A program made the position numbers and the translations under genes. A stretch of 64,000 bases of DNA from an uncultured archaeon. Lineage in GTDB: Archaea; Asgardarchaeota; Lokiarchaeia; Sigyniarchaeales; SOKP01. The DNA lies in contig CAZDTP010000011.1 in assembly GCA_964508365.1 (NCBI GenBank), positions 14,234 through 78,233 on the forward strand. Direction: 5' to 3'. The first letter of the stretch is position 1, and each line of letters opens with the position of its first letter. Positions 60,101 to 64,000 of the stretch are shown here, in pieces. The notes below the pieces were generated by a model that worked only from the letters and a program-made list of their open reading frames with translations, did not search any database and was not told the origin of the DNA.

Positions 60101-61195
60101 AGTAAAAAATACAAGGAAACATTGGATAGATACAAAGAAGCTCTAGAGCTTGAGGAACAACTAGGAAATCTTACAAACCAAGCGATTATTATACGAAAGA
60201 TTGGAGATATTTTTAAGGCTCAAGAGCATTTTCAAGAAGCATTAAAGTGGTATCAACAAGCATACAAGCTTTTTGATGAAATTGAAAACTTAGAAGGAAT
60301 TGCAGATTGCTTTGAGAGTATTGGATTAGTGTATCAAGAATTAGATAATTATTCTGAAGCGCTAAAGTGGAACAGTGAAGCACTTAAAATAACTGATCAA
60401 ATTTATGACGACGAGAGGAAAGCTCGAATCTTATGTACTATAGGTGCTCTTTTTCATAAACAGGGTGTGTATAAAGATGCGTTTAAACGCTATAATATCG
60501 CCCTCGATCTATTTGATAAAGTAGGAGATTTAATAGGGAAAACATATTGTTTAAATAAGGTAGGCCTTGTATACCAAGATAAAGGAGATTATATAGAGGC
60601 TCTTAAATGGTACGATCGAGGAACAAAACTCTTTAAAGTATTAGGACCTTCAAGTGAAAAAGCAGAGAATTTGTATAATACCGCAATGATCTATAGAGAT
60701 CAAGGATTATATCTTGACGCTTTGAAAAGCTTTGAAGAATCTCTCAATATTGATAATGAGCTTCAAAATTTCACCAGAAAGGCAGAAAGTCTTAATAACA
60801 TTGGATTAATTTATCTTGATGAGGGCAATTATCCGGTTGCATTAAAACGCTTTGAAGAAGCTAATCAAATAGCTGAAAAAAGCGAAAATAGACAATCCAA
60901 CGCGAAATACTTAAATAATATTGGTTCATCACTTCTTTATCAAGGAAAATACACCGAAGCATGGAAAAAAAGCACCCAAGCCCTTAAAATTTACGAAGAT
61001 CTTGAAAATAATGTAGGAATAGCTGATTCTTATTACAAATTAGGGTTGAATTATCTAGAACAAAAATCTTACGCTGAAGCGTTAAAAAATCATCAAGATG
61101 CCTTAAACATTCTAATTCAAATTGGCTCTGAAAAATTACCAATCGTGAAAGTTCTTAGAAACAACATAAAAATGATCAAGACTAAAATGAAATAA
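57125..61195 (+). CDS. SIR2-like domain plus 25 tandem 40-aa TPR units
   Basis: FLVGAGVS, ITTNFD, YKLHSS and IMGYSG..D motifs in aa ~20-260, then an uninterrupted 40-aa repeat (A-x3-IG-x-IY-x3-G-x-Y-x-EAL-x2-Y-x2-AL) to the C-terminus. Confidence 0.9.
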   Translation: MGENNLSPIKKSNLNINELFKSEEKLTFLVGAGVSVDSPSQLPSASNMMKALIKFSCTRSEGEKILSIQELSFETLLGIIHNSLHDDFTFLDFYLESDKPNIEHFVLGEMLKKGHYVITTNFDSLIEHALLQTDYPKKKIVPVITERDYQKFSDPEKLYKNKRIPIYKLHSSPKNIITGEDTRESFINTLKLIGSNQDKNNIIQLEPFKAQMIERISNERTLIIMGYSGKNDNDLISTLKTMKALKNLIWINHNANSKTKGDLYEYNKPENRDLSSLDDLDQQLMEIKRLNGSVNIFRLNTNTPKFLENLLDKKEEISKEKFELKLADWLKDKLNEPSELTKLYISNKIYFETKNYIDALRCLERIYQLSDESGDNHWKAISLMEMGIVNYEQSNYGDALDWLRKSLQVQIKSKLMPERALIFKYIGFVHQAQREYSDAIKNFDLALKEIEKNKDLKQMSDIYNNLGLIYQEQHKYEEALMNFESAIKINEKFENLSKKALNLKLKGRIYYLKKDFSEALKYLQTALKISEQLEDIEQKAEILNIIGRLTHEIGDSLTGLEKCNESLKLYKLLGGIEGELDALNAIGIIYRDQWNYVKAFDYFEEGFQIAESLGNVYLKAKFMCQIGTIFQNQNKYFDALKWFEDSLNFFNQIGDIRGEVDVLIKMGLIYKEQKVYLKGLKKFEKALQIYNQLEDLNNKASTLIALGQIFLDQRNFSEAFKNFQEALQLYGITDNPEGTADTLKNIGNLYAEQANFQEALNRYNDALVIVIDIGKTEKKADLLNRMGVIFQDQGDYPQAKQKFEEALDLYRNQNNMEGQIESLHLIGINYHYVEENDIALKMIEEAIRISEQIGNLYKKAMCLKITGKIYREQWDLIEALKRYEEALLIADQLGHLEEQVEILSIIGEIYQAQKHYPEAVRRYNEAIYVAESLGNLEIKADIFASIGDIYYDEDKYLEALNLYEEALNIDEQLGNMKGKAYRLLSIGNIFFVSKKYKETLDRYKEALELEEQLGNLTNQAIIIRKIGDIFKAQEHFQEALKWYQQAYKLFDEIENLEGIADCFESIGLVYQELDNYSEALKWNSEALKITDQIYDDERKARILCTIGALFHKQGVYKDAFKRYNIALDLFDKVGDLIGKTYCLNKVGLVYQDKGDYIEALKWYDRGTKLFKVLGPSSEKAENLYNTAMIYRDQGLYLDALKSFEESLNIDNELQNFTRKAESLNNIGLIYLDEGNYPVALKRFEEANQIAEKSENRQSNAKYLNNIGSSLLYQGKYTEAWKKSTQALKIYEDLENNVGIADSYYKLGLNYLEQKSYAEALKNHQDALNILIQIGSEKLPIVKVLRNNIKMIKTKMK

Positions 61196-61221
61196 TATTA
61201 AAATTACTTTTTTTTATTACA

Positions 61222-62046
61222 TTATACGGTTATTTCAATTTCCTTATAAGGTTTTTTTCTTATTTTCACGAACAACCGTGGTAAAATCTTATCGTATAAC
61301 ACATAAAGATATGGAGCTCCTTGATTTAACATTAATAAAACATCGTATAATAAGAATAAAACACCTGTAGGTCGTATACGAAATACTAAAAGGGGAAATT
61401 CCATGAAAAAAGCTCCAACGCATCCAACTACGAAAACATATAGAATTGTTTTTGGTTTTTTACTTTCAAATTTATTTGTACCATAAACTAGGGACAAAAA
61501 TAAATACCCTACTATAAGATTGATGCTCCAAGCAATCATTTGAGTATCCATATAGCGAACAGTATCTACTAAGGTGTCATTTAAGGGAATTATCAGTGAA
61601 AATAAGGGTATTAGCATCCAAAATGTGAAGTATAATAGTGTAAATAGTAATGCCTCCTTTAAATTCTTCTTAAAAAAATTCTCAAACATGATCCATAACC
61701 ACCCGAAAGCAAACATCGCATAAGAAAATGTCATCATAAAATCTGCTCCAAATTTAATCCAAAAATAATCTCCCAGAGGGCGAGGCATATAAACACCTCC
61801 AATCCAATATTCTCTAATATAAGTACCTATGGGGTAACTATTGCCCGCTGGTAAGTTAAACCAAACAATAGAATCAATGAAATACACGACAAATCCTGTA
61901 AAGATACCAAATTTTAATGGATTCCATTTTTTATACTTAATCATGATGGCAATCCAAATAGCAAGAAAAAAACTATCGAAAAAAATGTAATCGTACTCAA
62001 ATATTCTTCTTGCTTGGTTGAATGACTCAAGTAGATTGTTAAGCAA
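61222..62046 (-). CDS. Multi-pass membrane protein, function unknown
   Basis: About 7 hydrophobic segments; TTG start. Confidence 0.7.
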   Translation of the reverse strand: MLNNLLESFNQARRIFEYDYIFFDSFFLAIWIAIMIKYKKWNPLKFGIFTGFVVYFIDSIVWFNLPAGNSYPIGTYIREYWIGGVYMPRPLGDYFWIKFGADFMMTFSYAMFAFGWLWIMFENFFKKNLKEALLFTLLYFTFWMLIPLFSLIIPLNDTLVDTVRYMDTQMIAWSINLIVGYLFLSLVYGTNKFESKKPKTILYVFVVGCVGAFFMEFPLLVFRIRPTGVLFLLYDVLLMLNQGAPYLYVLYDKILPRLFVKIRKKPYKEIEITV

Positions 62047-62187
62047 AATTTTCCCACACTCAATTTAAATTTTAATAAGGAAATATTAAATCCAAAAGGA
62101 TATAAAGCTTTTTAAAAACAGTGAGATCATTAATATATTTAAAAATAGGATGGTATGTTTACACTTTTGTTATAACTCCAAAGAAAT

Positions 62188-62850
62188 TTAGGGACGATTA
62201 CTATCCATATGACTCCTAATAAAACGATTCACTTCGCTGGCTGGTTTTATTACACCGTAATGACCTTCGCATAAAATGTCCGCGTTTAAATCTAAAAGCT
62301 TCTGCATTGATTTTTGATAATCATCAAGATTGGAACCAAACGATTTATAGAATGGCCCATGGATATCTTGTCCAAATAGAATTTTGATATCATCAATTTC
62401 AACTAGAATAGAAATAGATCCTGGGGTATGACCCGGAGTATGAATGCACTGGAATTCATATAAACCTAATTGAATCTTTTCCAAATCACCCTTCAATCTT
62501 TTTTCTAATTTCACTGGCTTATATTCAACTCCATACCAAGAGGCTGCTGTTTTACTATCATGACCCTTTTCTTCAATCGGATCTGCGTCTAATTCATGAG
62601 CATAGAATTTTACCTGTTTATTCATTTTTTTCAAGTCTGAACAAGCTGCAGTGTGATCTATATGAAAATGAGTTAAAATACAGTGTTTGATATTTTTTGG
62701 GTTTAGTCCTGCTTTGCTAATTTTATTAATGAGATCAAGGCTCATTCCACAATCGATTAAAACTAGATCTTCCCCCGAATTTGTGTTTATTAAATAAACT
62801 GAACAACCTGAGTCCCCAACATGGTATACATTTTTTAAAATTTCTTTCAC
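62188..62850 (-). CDS. Metallo-beta-lactamase-fold hydrolase (glyoxalase II-like)
   Basis: LIDCG, THFHIDH, TPGHTPGS, LFGQD and CEGH. Confidence 0.88.
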   Translation of the reverse strand: MKEILKNVYHVGDSGCSVYLINTNSGEDLVLIDCGMSLDLINKISKAGLNPKNIKHCILTHFHIDHTAACSDLKKMNKQVKFYAHELDADPIEEKGHDSKTAASWYGVEYKPVKLEKRLKGDLEKIQLGLYEFQCIHTPGHTPGSISILVEIDDIKILFGQDIHGPFYKSFGSNLDDYQKSMQKLLDLNADILCEGHYGVIKPASEVNRFIRSHMDSNRP

Positions 62851-62921
62851 TTTTTTTGTTCCTCACAGTAAATTTATTTTACGATAAAAAAAAGAGAATT
62901 TTAGGAGATTAATCTAATGTC

Positions 62922-63740
62922 TTATTTTCTCTTATTATAAAATTTAGAATAGAAAAATATCGTAACAATTGTCGCAACGCCGGTTGAAAAGAGAACATCA
63001 GAAGCATAATGTGCGCCGACGGCTATCCGAGAGAGTGCTACGAATAAACCCCATCCAATTACTAATACGGTAATTAATACTTTTAGGGGATCCTTAATTT
63101 TTCGGTCTTTAACAGCTATTAATAGTGGTAGAAACATCCAACCCATTGCTGCATGTCCTGAAGGGAACGAACTGCCCCCTCCAATTATACCTGGTGGCAA
63201 AAACCAAGGAGTAAAATTGGTATAGCCCGGATCAAGATCCCTAAAACGAATTCTTCCACAAAGTATTTTAGTTATTTGGACAAATAATAAAGGATTTAAT
63301 ACAGCTAAAAGAGCAATTACCCCAGAAATATTTCTATAGCGTTTCCAGTCTTTATTCCAAGTAATAGCAATATAAATAAGTAATGAAAAAATCAAGCTCC
63401 ATCCAATGTTAACATAATCTTCATCATTTATGAATAGAATAAATAAAACGCCAACAATAATTCCTACATAACCTGGAATTTTTTGCATTTTTAAATTTGT
63501 AAAAAGACTCCCAAGTAATGTTGCTAAGGCGATAGCAATTAACGCATAGCCAGGAATTTCACCATAATCTGCCCCAAAATTACCCCAAATAGATGTTTCA
63601 TCTACAACTGCTATTGAAATATCCAAGTCATAAAATCCAAATATTACGCTAAGAATTACCCAAATTACAATAACGATCAGGATTAGTTTTTTAACATTCG
63701 GCTTACTTGTGTTATCATTCATTTTTCTTACCGTGTCCAT
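62922..63740 (-). CDS. PAP2-family membrane phosphatase
   Basis: K-x4-GRIR, SFPSGH and SRIAVGAHYASDV. Confidence 0.9.
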   Translation of the reverse strand: MDTVRKMNDNTSKPNVKKLILIVIVIWVILSVIFGFYDLDISIAVVDETSIWGNFGADYGEIPGYALIAIALATLLGSLFTNLKMQKIPGYVGIIVGVLFILFINDEDYVNIGWSLIFSLLIYIAITWNKDWKRYRNISGVIALLAVLNPLLFVQITKILCGRIRFRDLDPGYTNFTPWFLPPGIIGGGSSFPSGHAAMGWMFLPLLIAVKDRKIKDPLKVLITVLVIGWGLFVALSRIAVGAHYASDVLFSTGVATIVTIFFYSKFYNKRK

Positions 63741-63947
63741 TTTTAATATTAAAATGTATGTTTTACTTTTGATTATTAGAAATAATTTGGTTTTTTATGA
63801 TTAAATAATCTCCGTTTTTTCAAAAAAAAATGTTTGAAATAATCGAATTATCCCCACTGAATTAAATTTTTAGAAAAAGATAAAAAATAATTAGTATAGA
63901 AATTTAAAATAGATATTACTTAAAAGTTATAAAATGAATTGATAAGC

Positions 63948-64000
63948 ATGGAAAAGAATGAGAACAATGATTCATTTTCTTCTAAATTAAAAAAATATTT
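63948..64000 (+). CDS. Possible 5' end of a gene running off the window
   Basis: ATG GAA AAG AAT... stays open to the last base (MEKNENNDSFSSKLKKY). Confidence 0.3.
   Translation, partial: MEKNENNDSFSSKLKKY

Noticed and set aside
58170-61150. Periodic similarity every 120 bp, considered as a CRISPR-like or DNA repeat array
   Set aside because: The periodicity exists at the protein level (40-aa TPR units) with diverged codons; there are no identical repeats separated by spacers.
1-64000. tRNA, rRNA, CRISPR arrays and IS elements
   Set aside because: I saw no GC-rich structured RNA-like segment, regularly spaced identical repeats, transposase or integrase ORF, or terminal inverted repeats. 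A covariance-model scan would be needed to exclude small ncRNAs in the AT-rich gaps.

Overview
AT-rich, gene-dense archaeal window with no rRNA, tRNA, CRISPR array or transposase that I can see. The gene content points to an Asgard archaeon, most likely Lokiarchaeia/Promethearchaeota (inference, not a database result): a tandem Roadblock protein, several MPN/JAMM proteins, LRR and TPR proteins, a TPR protein with a PCI-like tail, zinc-ribbon tails and a 7-PAS histidine kinase. Housekeeping and metabolic genes include xylulokinase, rpe, rpiA, purE, thiolase, dut, an ADP-forming acyl-CoA synthetase alpha subunit, gatC, iscS, iscU, copA, a MobA-like protein and a PHP-family phosphatase. The strongest candidates for a second look are: (1) a tandem MPN/JAMM plus helical-tail gene pair in which one partner has Gln at the catalytic Glu position, next to a third, frameshifted MPN gene; (2) a soluble LRR-TIR-coiled-coil protein; (3) a SIR2-like domain fused to 25 exact 40-aa TPR units; (4) a membrane-anchored subtilase whose architecture resembles eukaryotic site-1 protease; (5) several genes that appear to need ATT/ATA start codons, including a dodecin the ORF track missed; (6) a Cys/His domain present both at the CopA C-terminus and as the next stand-alone gene; (7) a toxin-antitoxin pair between 41-bp direct repeats, and two decayed gene remnants. 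All family assignments come from motif recognition by eye.
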